From positions 1-64,000 of the forward strand of contig JAVKIJ010000006.1 of the NCBI GenBank assembly GCA_031459535.1: a stretch of DNA of 64,000 nucleotides. Direction: 5' to 3'. The notes below the pieces were generated by a model. That model did no database searches. It saw only the letters and a program-made list of their open reading frames with translations, and was not told the origin of the DNA. The translations under genes were made by a program, and so were the position numbers. Below are positions 9,303 to 20,677 of the stretch, piece after piece. Position 1 is the first letter of the stretch; every line of letters starts with the position of its first letter. This DNA is from Candidatus Fervidifonticultor quintus (lineage in GTDB: Bacteria > Sysuimicrobiota > Sysuimicrobiia > Sysuimicrobiales > Humicultoraceae).

Positions 9303-10655
9303 TCATTCCGTCCGGTAGTAGCGCCGCTTCGGGTCCTGCGGTCCCGTGCCGACCTCACGCACAAGTCCGCCGGCGACCAAGCGCGCAAGCCGCGTGCGCG
9401 TGGCGCGCGGCGTGAGGCCGATCGCCTTAGCGATCTCGCTCGTGAGCAGCCCCTTGCCGGCCCCCAAGGCATCCACGATGGCCCGGTCGGTCTCGTCGAG
9501 GATCGATGGCCCGACGCGCGCGGTCGACAGGGTCACCCGGAAGCGCGTGCCGATCTCCTCGAAGACTGGAGGGGCGAGCCCCGCTTCGCGGCAGGCCCGC
9601 GTCATGCGCTGCACGCCGCTGCCCCACTGCTCGATCAGCCCGAGGAGGTGGAACACTCGCCCGATGACGCGATTGCGAAGCTTCGAGACCCCGCGTGGGA
9701 GGTCCTCGATGGTAAGTCCGAAGGGCAGGAGCCCGGGGTTCTCGACCTCCAGCCGGTCGTCGAAGATCGCGATGCGAAGCGGGCCGCCACGCTGCGCGTA
9801 GTCGGCGTGCGCGACCGCGTTGATGACGGCCTCTCGTACCGCCACGGGAGGCAGGGTCCAGCGCTCGCGGCGACGCACAGCGCCGATCTCGGCCCCGTGG
9901 AGCCCATGCTTCTGCACAAAGGCGATAGCTTCTTCGATTGCGCGCACGGGATGGGACCGGATCTCGATGCGGTCGTCGATGCGGCTTCGGTCGGTGCCCC
10001 GGAACCGTCCGGCCTGGATCCAGGCGTCGGGGAAGTGGCACTCGCGATCTCGGCCGAAAAGGAGGACCCCGCCTACGGTGGGCACCTTGCGCCCCTGGTG
10101 GTGCGTCACGAGCCGGAGCGTTTCGAGATCGCGGCGACGGATCTCGCGGACGGGCGCAAACGACTCGGAAGCGGCTCGGAAGTCCAGCGCTTCCGGGTCG
10201 AGATCTGGCATCGGCTGCTCGTCGAAGGTCTCGCCGCGCGCGAAGCGGAGAAGCCCCTCGACGAGCTCCCGGTCGGCTCGCCGGTTGGTGGAGCCCACGC
10301 GCACATAGACGCCGCTGTCGGATCCCTCGCGTTTGAGGTAGTGCGGGCGGCTCGGGCTCGGATGGACCCGCACCGCCACGACCTGCGTGCGCCGCCAGGG
10401 CAGGATCTCGATCTCCGGCACGAGCCGAGGGGTCACCTGATCGCTGATCAGATTGGCCAGGCGCTCCTCCAAGTCGAGAGGTTCCGTGACGCCGCGCACG
10501 TGGCCAGTCCTGTTCTCGACGCCGACGAGGAGCGTCCCGCCCGCGGTGTTCGCGAAGGCCACGATCGTCCTCAGCGCGCCGTCCGGCGCGGACAGTTCGC
10601 GCTTGAACTCGAGGGTCTTGCCCTCCGGCCGCTTGAGCAACTCGACGAGGTCCAT
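9303..10655 (-). CDS. Schlafen/AlbA_2 domain + HATPase_c_4-like + C-terminal wHTH protein (cassette 3)
   Basis: EGKTLEFKRE..IVAFANTAGGTLLVGV (AlbA_2), REAVINAVAHADY..LEVENPG..RNRVI..IEQWGSG, and a terminal HTH. Confidence 0.88.
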   Translation of the reverse strand: MDLVELLKRPEGKTLEFKRELSAPDGALRTIVAFANTAGGTLLVGVENRTGHVRGVTEPLDLEERLANLISDQVTPRLVPEIEILPWRRTQVVAVRVHPSPSRPHYLKREGSDSGVYVRVGSTNRRADRELVEGLLRFARGETFDEQPMPDLDPEALDFRAASESFAPVREIRRRDLETLRLVTHHQGRKVPTVGGVLLFGRDRECHFPDAWIQAGRFRGTDRSRIDDRIEIRSHPVRAIEEAIAFVQKHGLHGAEIGAVRRRERWTLPPVAVREAVINAVAHADYAQRGGPLRIAIFDDRLEVENPGLLPFGLTIEDLPRGVSKLRNRVIGRVFHLLGLIEQWGSGVQRMTRACREAGLAPPVFEEIGTRFRVTLSTARVGPSILDETDRAIVDALGAGKGLLTSEIAKAIGLTPRATRTRLARLVAGGLVREVGTGPQDPKRRYYRTE

Positions 10656-10722
10656 CCTGCTCGGAAGTCTACTTGGAAGGGCCGGGCAGCGTTAAGCTTC
10701 CGAGCGCGAAGCCTTTCGGGGC

Positions 10723-10814
10723 GCCCAACGGCAAGCATGAGCGGCGGGGCGGGTATTACAAGCACGCCCGAATTAGCAGGGCGGTAGCCCCGTCCGCTCC
10801 ACGCAGTGTTGGGC
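10723..10814 (-). other. attC site closing cassette 2
   Basis: Minus strand GCCCAAC actgc GTGGAGCGGACGGGGC...GCCCCGCCGCTCATG cttgcc GTTGGGC: R''/R' cores and an imperfect palindrome with extra bases on the first arm. Confidence 0.85.
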
Positions 10815-10899
10815 GGCCTCTTCGAGATCGGCGCGACTCATCGTCAGCCTGTTGAGATCAAGCTGCTCCGCCTGTTTTGACCTTGCCCACTGCAAGCGG

Positions 10900-11106
10900 T
10901 TATTGCTTGCGGGTGGAAAGCCCGAACGGCAGATACGTTGGGCAAAAGCCAACGAGGCTGGTGACGACGAAGGCGACGGCCAGAATGCCCAGAATGATAG
11001 CCGCCAGCCCAGAAAGATTGCCGGTGAAGTACAAAACAGCGATCACGGCGGCAATCACCAGCCGGATAATGCGGTCTAGCGTTCCCATGTTCTTGTTGAG
11101 TTTCAT
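10900..11106 (-). CDS. DUF2892 (YgaP-like) small membrane protein (cassette 2)
   Basis: NMGTLDRIIR...GFCPTYLPFGLST signature with an AAGGAG RBS. Confidence 0.9.
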   Translation of the reverse strand: MKLNKNMGTLDRIIRLVIAAVIAVLYFTGNLSGLAAIILGILAVAFVVTSLVGFCPTYLPFGLSTRKQ

Positions 11107-11129
11107 TGATTCATCTCCTTCTTGCTTAT

Positions 11130-11234
11130 TTATCGGATGAGGGATTGAATGAGCAGGGCCAACCCAGTGACCAGCCCAATACAGATCAGGCAGACCAGAA
11201 GCAGTTTCAGTAGCTTGCGTCTCGTATCATCCAT
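11130..11234 (-). CDS. 34-aa single-TM peptide (cassette 2)
   Basis: Manual translation MDDTRRKLLKLLLVCLICIGLVTGLALLIQSLIR*, with an AGAGGA RBS. Below the ORF-track cutoff. Confidence 0.55.
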   Translation of the reverse strand: MDDTRRKLLKLLLVCLICIGLVTGLALLIQSLIR

Positions 11235-11277
11235 AGTCCTCTCTTTCTTTTGCACCGTTCAACAGACAAGACGGACC

Positions 11278-11344
11278 GCCCAACGCCACCATTAACCCGG
11301 AGCGCGCGTTTTGGCGCGCGATCGGGTCGAACGGTCTGTTCGGC
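11278..11344 (-). other. attC site closing cassette 1
   Basis: Minus strand GCCGAAC agacc GTTCGACC cga tcGCGCGC caaaa CGCGCGC tccg GGTTAAT ggtggc GTTGGGC: R''-L''-L'-R' layout with an extra C in L''. Confidence 0.88.
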
Positions 11345-11368
11345 AACAGCTAGATTGGCCGCTCATGG

Positions 11369-11755
11369 TTACAACAACGTATGGGCATCGCGGGCGAGGA
11401 GCCAACGGCCGTCGGGCTGTTTGCGGTAGATCGTGATTCGATGACCGGCGAGCTGCCTCGCTTCCCCACCAGCGTGCGGGGTTATAGACAAGGTGTCACG
11501 GCTCCGTGTGTAGGCGACGTCGCCGACGACCACAATCTCCTCCAATTCGCTGATGCATCGGATTCGAACCTGTTGGTGAGCGGTCGAGAAGTTAGCAGAA
11601 AGTTGATCTCGGCCGAACGGCGCTTGGCCCGGACTGAGGAACACGACATCGTCCGTCATCAAGGTAAGCAAGCGGACCAGATTGCCGGCATTGACGGCGT
11701 CGATCCAGGTCGAATGAGCTTCCCGGATTTCTCGTTCATCAGGCCTCATCTGCAA
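11369..11755 (-). CDS. DUF4440/SnoaL NTF2-like protein (cassette 1)
   Basis: WIDAVNAG..LMTDDVVFL..GDVAY..IYRKQPDGRWLLARD. The true start may be ATG 11749. Confidence 0.88.
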   Translation of the reverse strand: MQMRPDEREIREAHSTWIDAVNAGNLVRLLTLMTDDVVFLSPGQAPFGRDQLSANFSTAHQQVRIRCISELEEIVVVGDVAYTRSRDTLSITPHAGGEARQLAGHRITIYRKQPDGRWLLARDAHTLL

Positions 11756-11763
11756 TCTCCGCT

Positions 11764-11830
11764 GCCGAACTCGTGTTTAGGCTGACCAGCCTAATCTAAC
11801 ACCCCACCATCGTCAGCCTAACACCCCGAG
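11764..11830 (-). other. attI-like site
   Basis: Minus strand GGTCAGCCTAAACACGAG/TTCGGC resembles attI1 GCCCTAAAACAAAG/TTRRRY. It is preceded by direct repeats GGGGTGTTAG x2 and TTAGGCTG x2. Confidence 0.7.
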
Positions 11831-11953
11831 GCCAGAGGCTTCCTCGGGCGCAACTACCCGCCCAGTACTAGTCTTCGTCAACCTGCGCGCCCCCTTATCG
11901 CGCATTATACTGCGATGCCGGTCAGTCTAACATCTTCAAGTGTGCCTGAGCCC

Positions 11954-12270
11954 TTACGGTAGCGGCCCGTCCATGAGATACTTGACAACTCGCCCACCCC
12001 GGTGCAGCACGCGAGTGTAGACGATTGGGGCTAGGGTACTTCCAAGGTGGGGGAGTTCGCCAGCGAAGCCCGACCAACCCCCGGGCTAGGTCCTGCTCGC
12101 GCTGGCAGCCGCCCGCGCTCCAGGTACGCGGCCGGCACCGCCTGCACGGCCGCTGGGAGCATCGTCACCCGGTCTTGGCCTCCTCTTGTCGTCGCGGACG
12201 GTGATCTCACGGCACTGGAAGACCGCGTCCCTGATTCACGGGCGCAGCGCCGGCGGCAGCCGGTAGTTGC
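11954..12270 (-). pseudogene. intI: Integron integrase remnant (frameshifts and deletions)
   Basis: Fragments across frames: REITVRDDK / GGQDRVTMLP / EQDLARG / GRASLAN / KYP / IVYTRVLHRGGRVV..MD. Confidence 0.8.
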
Positions 12271-12305
12271 GGCGGAGGTGGATACCTTGAGCCCCCTCAT
12301 CCCCG

Positions 12306-13076
12306 GTGCTACACTTCCTGGCGGCCATGGACCCGGTGATCGTTCAGATCGGCCCCGTCGCCATCCGCTGGTACGGCGTCCTGCTGGCTGCCACCGTCGG
12401 CGTCAGCCTGCTGGTCGCCTACCGCGTGGGACCCCGGTTTGGTGTCTCACCCGACGTCCTGGATCGCACGGCGATCACCTTCGTCATTGTGGCCCTGATC
12501 GGCGCCAGGGTGGGCTACATCCTCTCCCACCCGGCGGAATTCTCCACTTTGGTTGATCTGGTGCGCATCGACCGCGGCGGCCTCGCCTCGCACGGTGCTA
12601 TCGCCACCGGTCTGCTGTACCTGGCCTGGGCCGGGCGCCGCTACCGCCTCTCGACATGGACGCTGGCCGACGTGGCCAGCTGGGCCATTCCCATCGGGAA
12701 CGTCTTCGTGCGGATCGGCAATTTCATCAACGGCGAGTTGTACGGCGATCCCACGGCGCTGCCGTGGGGCGTACGGTTCCCCACCGCGCCCGATGCGCCG
12801 CGTCACCCGCTGCAGCTCTACGAGGCGCTGCTCGCCGCCGCGATCCTGCTGTGCGCCAGGAGAGTCGCCGCGCGCCCGCGCTTCGCCGGCCAGGTGTTCT
12901 GGACGATCATGGTGCCCACGTCGGTTTGCCGGGTGCTCTTCGATGCGCTGCGCAGCGATGCGCGCGCGCTGGGGCTCTTGACGCTGGGCCAGCTCCCCGC
13001 GCTGGCCCTGGCGATCTGGGGCGTCTGGGCGCTGCGGCGCGGGGCCGCGTCCAGTGCCCGCACCGCGCCCGGCTAG
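12306..13076 (+). CDS. lgt: Prolipoprotein diacylglyceryl transferase
   Basis: IGPVAIRWYG, GARVGY, RIGNFINGELYG and RHPLQLYE motifs. Confidence 0.93.
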   Translation: MLHFLAAMDPVIVQIGPVAIRWYGVLLAATVGVSLLVAYRVGPRFGVSPDVLDRTAITFVIVALIGARVGYILSHPAEFSTLVDLVRIDRGGLASHGAIATGLLYLAWAGRRYRLSTWTLADVASWAIPIGNVFVRIGNFINGELYGDPTALPWGVRFPTAPDAPRHPLQLYEALLAAAILLCARRVAARPRFAGQVFWTIMVPTSVCRVLFDALRSDARALGLLTLGQLPALALAIWGVWALRRGAASSARTAPG

Positions 13077-14590
13077 TTCTGAGCGGCCAGCGAGCCGGTG
13101 AGCACCTCGTAGCGCCCTTTGCCGCGGCGCTTGGCCGCGTACATGGCGAGGTCGGCGCGCCGCAGCAGCTCGCCGGCGTCGTCGCGGTCGGGCGAGGCCA
13201 CCGCCACGCCCACGCTGGCGCTGATGGTCACCTCGCCAACACGCAACCGGAACGGCCGGCGCAGGGCCTCGGTGATGCGCGCGGCGATCTGTGCCGCATC
13301 GTCGAGCGTCTGCGAGCCCAGGAGAATGGCGAACTCGTCGCCACCCAACCTGGCCACCGCATCTGAAGCGCGCACGCTGGCCCGTAGGCGATCGGCCACC
13401 GCCGCGAGCAGCTCGTCTCCCACCTCATGGCCGTAGGCATCGTTGATCTCCTTGAAGTCGTCTAGATCTATCAGGATTGCGCAGGCGGTCGGTGACGACC
13501 CGTCGGCGAAGCGTTCAGACGCCAGCGTGTAGAACCCACGCCGGTTGGGCAGCCCCGTCAGACTGTCGGTAATGGCCAGCGCGTGCAGGTCGGCCATCAA
13601 CCGCATGTTCTCGTGGATGACCGTGATCTGACGCGCCATGACCAAGCCCGTGATGCCCACCGCGCCCACGATGAGGCCGCCCAGGGCCAGCGGCACCTGC
13701 TGGCGGGCGGCCACCAGCAGCAGGAGCACGTTGCCTACCAGCACCGCCGCGTACGGCACCAGGCTGTACGACGATGCCGGTACCGACGCCCCGCTCTCGA
13801 CGACACCCCGCGAGGCGCACTGGTGCTGGCACTCGGCCGCGGCCGCGGCCAGCACGTAGGCCGCCATCCAGAGGGCATCGGGCCAATCCCCGCTCTCGTA
13901 CCGACTCAGCACCGAGAGCGCCCCGTACCCGAGGTCAGCCACCACGTAGAGCAGCAGGCCCCCCGCCAGGATCGCCAGCGCCCGTCGGCTCCCGGCCTCG
14001 GGCCGCCGCAGGACGGTGGCGACGATCCCGAAGAGCAGGAGCAGGTCGCCCAGCGGGTAGGCGACAGAGAGCACAGTCGCCAGATCGCTGGCCTTCGCGG
14101 CCACCGCGACGGGTCCGATGATCAGGTGCCAGACGACCATCCAGCCCGCCAGGACCACGGTGGCGCCATCCAGCCAGAACTTCACCCGCTCCGCCCGCCC
14201 GCGACGGGCGACGGGGAACGACAGCAGCCCCAGCATCATCATCGGATAGAAGAGCAGATATCCGACGTCCGCCGCCGAGGGAAACGGCTCGACGCCCAGG
14301 ACGAGTTCGTAGTAGACCCAGAGCAGATCGGCGACCCAATATGCGAGAAACGCCAGGCCGACCAGACGCCAGCCGCGCCGCGCTCTGGGGTCGAGCCCGC
14401 CGTGCGCCGCGGTCCTCCAGGCGAACAGCGCGGCGATGAGCGCCCCCGGCAGAGTCACCAGATCGGCGATGAGGACCTTTCGATCTGGGCCGCCCCACTG
14501 GAAGGCCTGCCACAGCCAGAATCCCGTGGCATAGAGGCCGAAGGCCCCGACCGCAGCAGCTCCCCGGCTACGGAGCTTCTCCAGCCACAT
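13073..14590 (-). CDS. Membrane-anchored diguanylate cyclase
   Basis: Multi-TM N-terminus, TDSLTGLPNRR, RASD I-site and GGDEF. Confidence 0.92.
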   Translation of the reverse strand: MWLEKLRSRGAAAVGAFGLYATGFWLWQAFQWGGPDRKVLIADLVTLPGALIAALFAWRTAAHGGLDPRARRGWRLVGLAFLAYWVADLLWVYYELVLGVEPFPSAADVGYLLFYPMMMLGLLSFPVARRGRAERVKFWLDGATVVLAGWMVVWHLIIGPVAVAAKASDLATVLSVAYPLGDLLLLFGIVATVLRRPEAGSRRALAILAGGLLLYVVADLGYGALSVLSRYESGDWPDALWMAAYVLAAAAAECQHQCASRGVVESGASVPASSYSLVPYAAVLVGNVLLLLVAARQQVPLALGGLIVGAVGITGLVMARQITVIHENMRLMADLHALAITDSLTGLPNRRGFYTLASERFADGSSPTACAILIDLDDFKEINDAYGHEVGDELLAAVADRLRASVRASDAVARLGGDEFAILLGSQTLDDAAQIAARITEALRRPFRLRVGEVTISASVGVAVASPDRDDAGELLRRADLAMYAAKRRGKGRYEVLTGSLAAQN

Positions 14591-14614
14591 TCATCTCACC
14601 GTTGGAATCTTGCC

Positions 14615-15016
14615 CTACCGACCCCGCAGCCAGACCAGCCAAGCCAGGCTTCGCCACACGAGGAGGAAGGCCAGCGTCAGGCTCCCGGCCACGCCCACGA
14701 AGAGCAGGAAGCTGGCTGCGAACGGGCGGCCCAGCCAGAGCTGCCGGATCGTCAAGCCCACGGGGACGGCCAGCGCCCAGGTCAGCGGCAGCCGCCAGCG
14801 ACCGGACCGCGCGTAGGTGCCCAGCAGGCGCGCGAAGAGGAACCACGCCGCCAGCAACGGTCCTGCGGTTTCGAGGACCTGGGCCGGCGTGATCGCGACC
14901 CGGTGAAAGCGGAGCCCGACGAGGGTGAACAGGACCAGGCTGGCCGCATCTCCCCATGGGAGCCAGCGGGCCGCGGCGGGCGCTGCTCCGCGGCCGGCTC
15001 CGCGACGAGCGATCAC
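14615..15016 (-). CDS. DUF3054-like membrane protein
   Basis: GTG overlaps the nuoN stop; four TM helices with GD..VG..FH..ETAGP...W pattern. Confidence 0.7.
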   Translation of the reverse strand: MIARRGAGRGAAPAAARWLPWGDAASLVLFTLVGLRFHRVAITPAQVLETAGPLLAAWFLFARLLGTYARSGRWRLPLTWALAVPVGLTIRQLWLGRPFAASFLLFVGVAGSLTLAFLLVWRSLAWLVWLRGR

Positions 15017-16473
15017 TTCAGGAGAGCGCCGACCTGCTGGGTGAAGGCCACGAGCGGGCCCGGGAGCACGCCCATCTGCAGCACCGCGGCAGCCGCGAGC
15101 AGCAGCGCCAGACTCACCAGCGGGCTGGGGTGCAGCCGGACCGTCGCGGCGGCCCCACCGTTGGATCCGGCGGTCGCAGCAGGCGCGGCAAACATCATGT
15201 AGGCAACCCGCAGATAGTAGTAGACCGAGATCACGCTGGTCAGCACGCCCACGAGCGCCAGACCCAGGCCCAAACGACCGGACTCCACCGCCGCCAGGAA
15301 GACGCCCAGCTTGGCGATGAACCCGCCGGTCGGCGGCAGGCCCGCCAGCGACACCATGAATAACGCCGTCGCCACAGCCAGCAGTGGCGCACGCGCGGCC
15401 AGGCCCGCGTAGTCCTCGATCCGGTCGGCCTCGCCCCCGCCGCGCTCCAGCGCGATGGCCACGGCGAACGCGCCGGTACCCATGGCGGCATACGCCGCCA
15501 GGTAGGTCACCACGGCCGCAATCGCCGCGGGGCTGGCGGCCACCACGCCGACCAGGAGGTACCCGGCGTGGGCGATGCTCGAGTAAGCAAGCATGCGCTT
15601 GTAGCTCGTCTGCACCAGGGCGGCCAGGTTCCCCACGATCATCGTGACCACGGCGAGCGCGCCCAGCACCAGGGTCCACTGCGCGGCCAGCGCCGCCAGC
15701 GTGACCGGGAAGACCCGCACCAGGGCCGAAAACGCGCCGACTTTCGCCACCACGGACATGAACGCCGCCGCCGGGAACGGCGCGCCTTCATAGACATCCG
15801 GGGCCCAGGTGTGGAACGGCACGACGGCGGCTTTGAACCCCACCCCGATGACCAGCAACCCCACGCCTCCGGCCGCAGCCAGGTTGGGGGCCCGCTGGCC
15901 CAGGGCGACGGCCACGTCCGGCAGCCGGGTGGTGCCCGAGGCTCCGTAGAGCAACGCGACACCGTACAGGAAGAACCCGCTGGCAAACGCGCCCAACAGG
16001 AAGTACTTGATGCCGGCTTCCTGGGACCGTACGTTGGTGCGCGCGAACGCGGCCAGGACATACAGGGGGATCGACAGCGTCTCAAGGGACAGGAACAGCA
16101 TGAGGAGGTCGCGGCTGGCCGCCATCAGCATCGCGCCGGCCGCGGCCACCAGCACGAGGAAGTAGTACTCGCCGCGCTCGAGCCGATTGCGGCGCAGGTA
16201 CTCGGGCGCCACCAGGACCCCCAGCGCTGCGGCGGCTGCGGCCACGGCCCCGCCGGCCCGGGTGAGACCGTCGCGCACGTACATGCCGCCGAACCCGACC
16301 CCGTCCGGGAGCGCGAGCCCGACCCAGGCAGCGACCCCGAGACCGACGACGCTGATGGCCACCAGCAGCCCCCGCCGAGCCGCCGACAGCCACAGGTCCA
16401 CCACCAGGACCAGCAGCGCCGTGACCAGGACAATGGTCTCCGGAGCGACGAGCTGCAGGGGTATCGGCGTCAT
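15013..16473 (-). CDS. nuoN: NADH-quinone oxidoreductase subunit N
   Basis: EAGIKYFLLG, FKAAVVPFHTWAPDVYEGAP and KRMLAYSSIAHAGY; ATG 16473. Confidence 0.95.
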   Translation of the reverse strand: MTPIPLQLVAPETIVLVTALLVLVVDLWLSAARRGLLVAISVVGLGVAAWVGLALPDGVGFGGMYVRDGLTRAGGAVAAAAAALGVLVAPEYLRRNRLERGEYYFLVLVAAAGAMLMAASRDLLMLFLSLETLSIPLYVLAAFARTNVRSQEAGIKYFLLGAFASGFFLYGVALLYGASGTTRLPDVAVALGQRAPNLAAAGGVGLLVIGVGFKAAVVPFHTWAPDVYEGAPFPAAAFMSVVAKVGAFSALVRVFPVTLAALAAQWTLVLGALAVVTMIVGNLAALVQTSYKRMLAYSSIAHAGYLLVGVVAASPAAIAAVVTYLAAYAAMGTGAFAVAIALERGGGEADRIEDYAGLAARAPLLAVATALFMVSLAGLPPTGGFIAKLGVFLAAVESGRLGLGLALVGVLTSVISVYYYLRVAYMMFAAPAATAGSNGGAAATVRLHPSPLVSLALLLAAAAVLQMGVLPGPLVAFTQQVGALLK

Positions 16474-17986
16474 GGGCGAGCCCCCGGCTCGCGCGCGGGC
16501 ACGACCACCACGCTGGCCGGCCGCTCGAGGCGTTCGAGTGCCGCGCGTACCGTGGTCGCCGACCGGTCGAGCAGCGGACGAGGATAGATGCCGATGGCGA
16601 AGATGAGCGCCACCAGCGGCGCGAACACCGCCAGCTCGGTGCGCGTCACCTCCACCAGGCGCTCCGGCTGCCGGGCTACCAGCGGCCCGTGCATGACCTG
16701 CTGGTACGCCCACAGCAGGTAGGTCACCGACAGGATCACACCGCCGGCGCCTAGCGCCGCCCACCACGCCGACGACCGAAACGCGCCCAGCAGGATCAGG
16801 AACTCGCCCACGAAGCCGTTGGTGCCCGGCAACGCGACGGACGACAGCATTACGATGGTGAAGATGGCGGCAAAGCGCGGCATCACCGCCGCGACCCCGC
16901 CGTAGTCGGCAATCTGGCGCGAGTGGGTGCGGTCGTAGAGCACGCCGACGATGAGGAACAGGGCGCCGGTGCTGATGCCGTGGTTGATCATCTGGACGAG
17001 GCTGCCCTGGAGGCCCTGCTCGTTGAGGGCGGCGATGCCCAGCATGACGAACCCCAGGTGGCTCACGCTGGAGAAGGCGATGAGCCGCTTGAGGTCGGTC
17101 TGGGCCCACGAGACCACGGCACCGTAGAGAATCCCGACGATCGCCAGGGCGGCCAGCAGCGGGGCCGCGGCCTCCAGGGCGGCCGGGAAGAGCATGGGGC
17201 CGAACCGCACGAACCCGTACGTGCCCATCTTCAGCAGCAGGGCGGCCAGGATGACACTACCGGCCGTCGGCGCTTCGGTGTGGGCGTCCGGCAACCAGGT
17301 GTGCAGCGGCCAGACCGGCACCTTGACCGCAAACGCCAGCGCAAACGCCGCAAAGAGCCAGGCCTGCGTGCGGGCAGGCAGCGTCGCATCGGCCAGTCGG
17401 AGCAGATCGAACGTGGGCTCGCCGAGCTGCCCGGCCGCGGCCGCCCGCAGCGCGAAGATGGCCACCAGCATTAGCACGCTGGCCGCCATCGTGTACAGGA
17501 AGAACTTGATGGCCGCATACCGCCGGTTGGGGCCGCCCCAGATGGCGATGAGGAAGACCATCGGAATGAGGACGGTCTCCCAGAACACGTAGAACAGGAT
17601 CAGGTCCAGGCTCAGGAAGGTTCCCAGCACGGCGGTCTGCAGGCCCAGCATGGCCATGGTGAACGCCTTCACGCGCTCGGTGATCGACGCCCACGACCCG
17701 AGCAGCGCCACCGGGAAGATCACCGCGGTCAAGCCTACCAGCAGGAGCGAGATGCCGTCAGTGCCCACGTGATAGCTGACGCCGAGCGCGGGAATCCAGG
17801 TGACCTGCTCGGTGAACTGAAAGCCCCGGGCCGCAGGGTCGAACACACAGAACAGCCGGGCGGCGACCAGCAGGGCCAGCAGGCTGACAGCCAGGCCGAT
17901 TCGGCGGATGGTGTCCTCGCGGTCCGGCGGGATGAAGGCAAGGAGGACTGCACCGGCCAGGGGAATGAAGATCAGCGCCGACAGGA

Positions 17987-17990
<4 letters not shown>
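16470..17990 (-). CDS. nuoM: NADH-quinone oxidoreductase subunit M
   Basis: PLHTWLPDAHTEAPT and LLLKMGTYG; ATG 17990. Confidence 0.95.
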
Positions 17991-19858
<1,868 letters not shown>

Positions 19859-19862
19859 CGTC

Positions 19863-20165
19863 CTATCCCCGGAGCAGGTCCACGTCGTCGATGTCCACGG
19901 TCTCGCGCGACCGGAAGATGTCCACGATCAGCGCCAGGCCCACCACGACCTCCACCGCCGCGACCACCAGCACGAAGAACACCACCACCTGCCCGTCGAT
20001 GGACAGGTGCTGCCGGGCGAAGGTGACGAACGCCAGGTTGACGGAGTTCAACATGAGCTCCACGGACATGAAGATGATGAGCGCGTTGCGCCGCACCAGC
20101 ACGCCCACCGCGCCCATGGTGAAGAGCACGGCGCTGAGGACCAGGTAGGCCGCCGCAGGCACCAT
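19863..20165 (-). CDS. nuoK: NADH-quinone oxidoreductase subunit K
   Basis: [32 protein letters not shown]. Confidence 0.95.
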   Translation of the reverse strand: MVPAAAYLVLSAVLFTMGAVGVLVRRNALIIFMSVELMLNSVNLAFVTFARQHLSIDGQVVVFFVLVVAAVEVVVGLALIVDIFRSRETVDIDDVDLLRG

Positions 20166-20672
20166 CTACCGTTCCTCCTCGGGGACCACCCGCCGGCCCA
20201 GCACCGCAGCCGCCACGATCCCGACCAGGAGGATGATCGAGGCCAGCTCGAACGGCAGGACGTAGTGCACGAACAACGCCTCCCCCACCCGCTGGGCCGT
20301 GCCGAAGCGGGCCGGCACCGGAGGGAGCCTTCCGGCCGCCGCCAGCACCGCCGCCAGCAGCACGGCCAGGTAGAGGGCGGCGAAGAGCGCGACGGCCGCC
20401 CGCTGCCGTGGGAGCTTGACCAGCGGCCCCTCGCCACTGCGCGCGTGCACCAGCAGCACGACGAAGAGGAACAGCACGACGATTGCGCCGGCGTAGACGA
20501 TGATCTGCAGCGCGGCGACGAACGGCGCGGCCAGCACCAGGTAGGTCACGGCCAGCGCGGCGAGCACGATGAGCAGGGCGATGGCGCTGTGCACCGGCTG
20601 CCGCGACACGATCACGCCAACCCCCCCGGCAATCGCCAGTGCCGCGGCCGGCAGGAAGACCGCCCACTCCAT
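20166..20672 (-). CDS. nuoJ: NADH-quinone oxidoreductase subunit J
   Basis: QIIVYAGAIVVLFLF and YVLPFELAS; ATG 20672. Confidence 0.94.
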   Translation of the reverse strand: MEWAVFLPAAALAIAGGVGVIVSRQPVHSAIALLIVLAALAVTYLVLAAPFVAALQIIVYAGAIVVLFLFVVLLVHARSGEGPLVKLPRQRAAVALFAALYLAVLLAAVLAAAGRLPPVPARFGTAQRVGEALFVHYVLPFELASIILLVGIVAAAVLGRRVVPEEER

Positions 20673-20677
20673 CTCGA

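Larger units (their letters stand above)
9303..12270 (-). mobile_element. Decayed integron (intI remnant, attI, three cassettes)
   Basis: IntI-specific peptide fragments, an attI1-like site, two attC sites and co-oriented short cassette genes. Confidence 0.82.

Noticed and set aside
12031-12300. 89-aa ORF as an intact gene
   Set aside because: It is one frame of the frameshifted intI relic.
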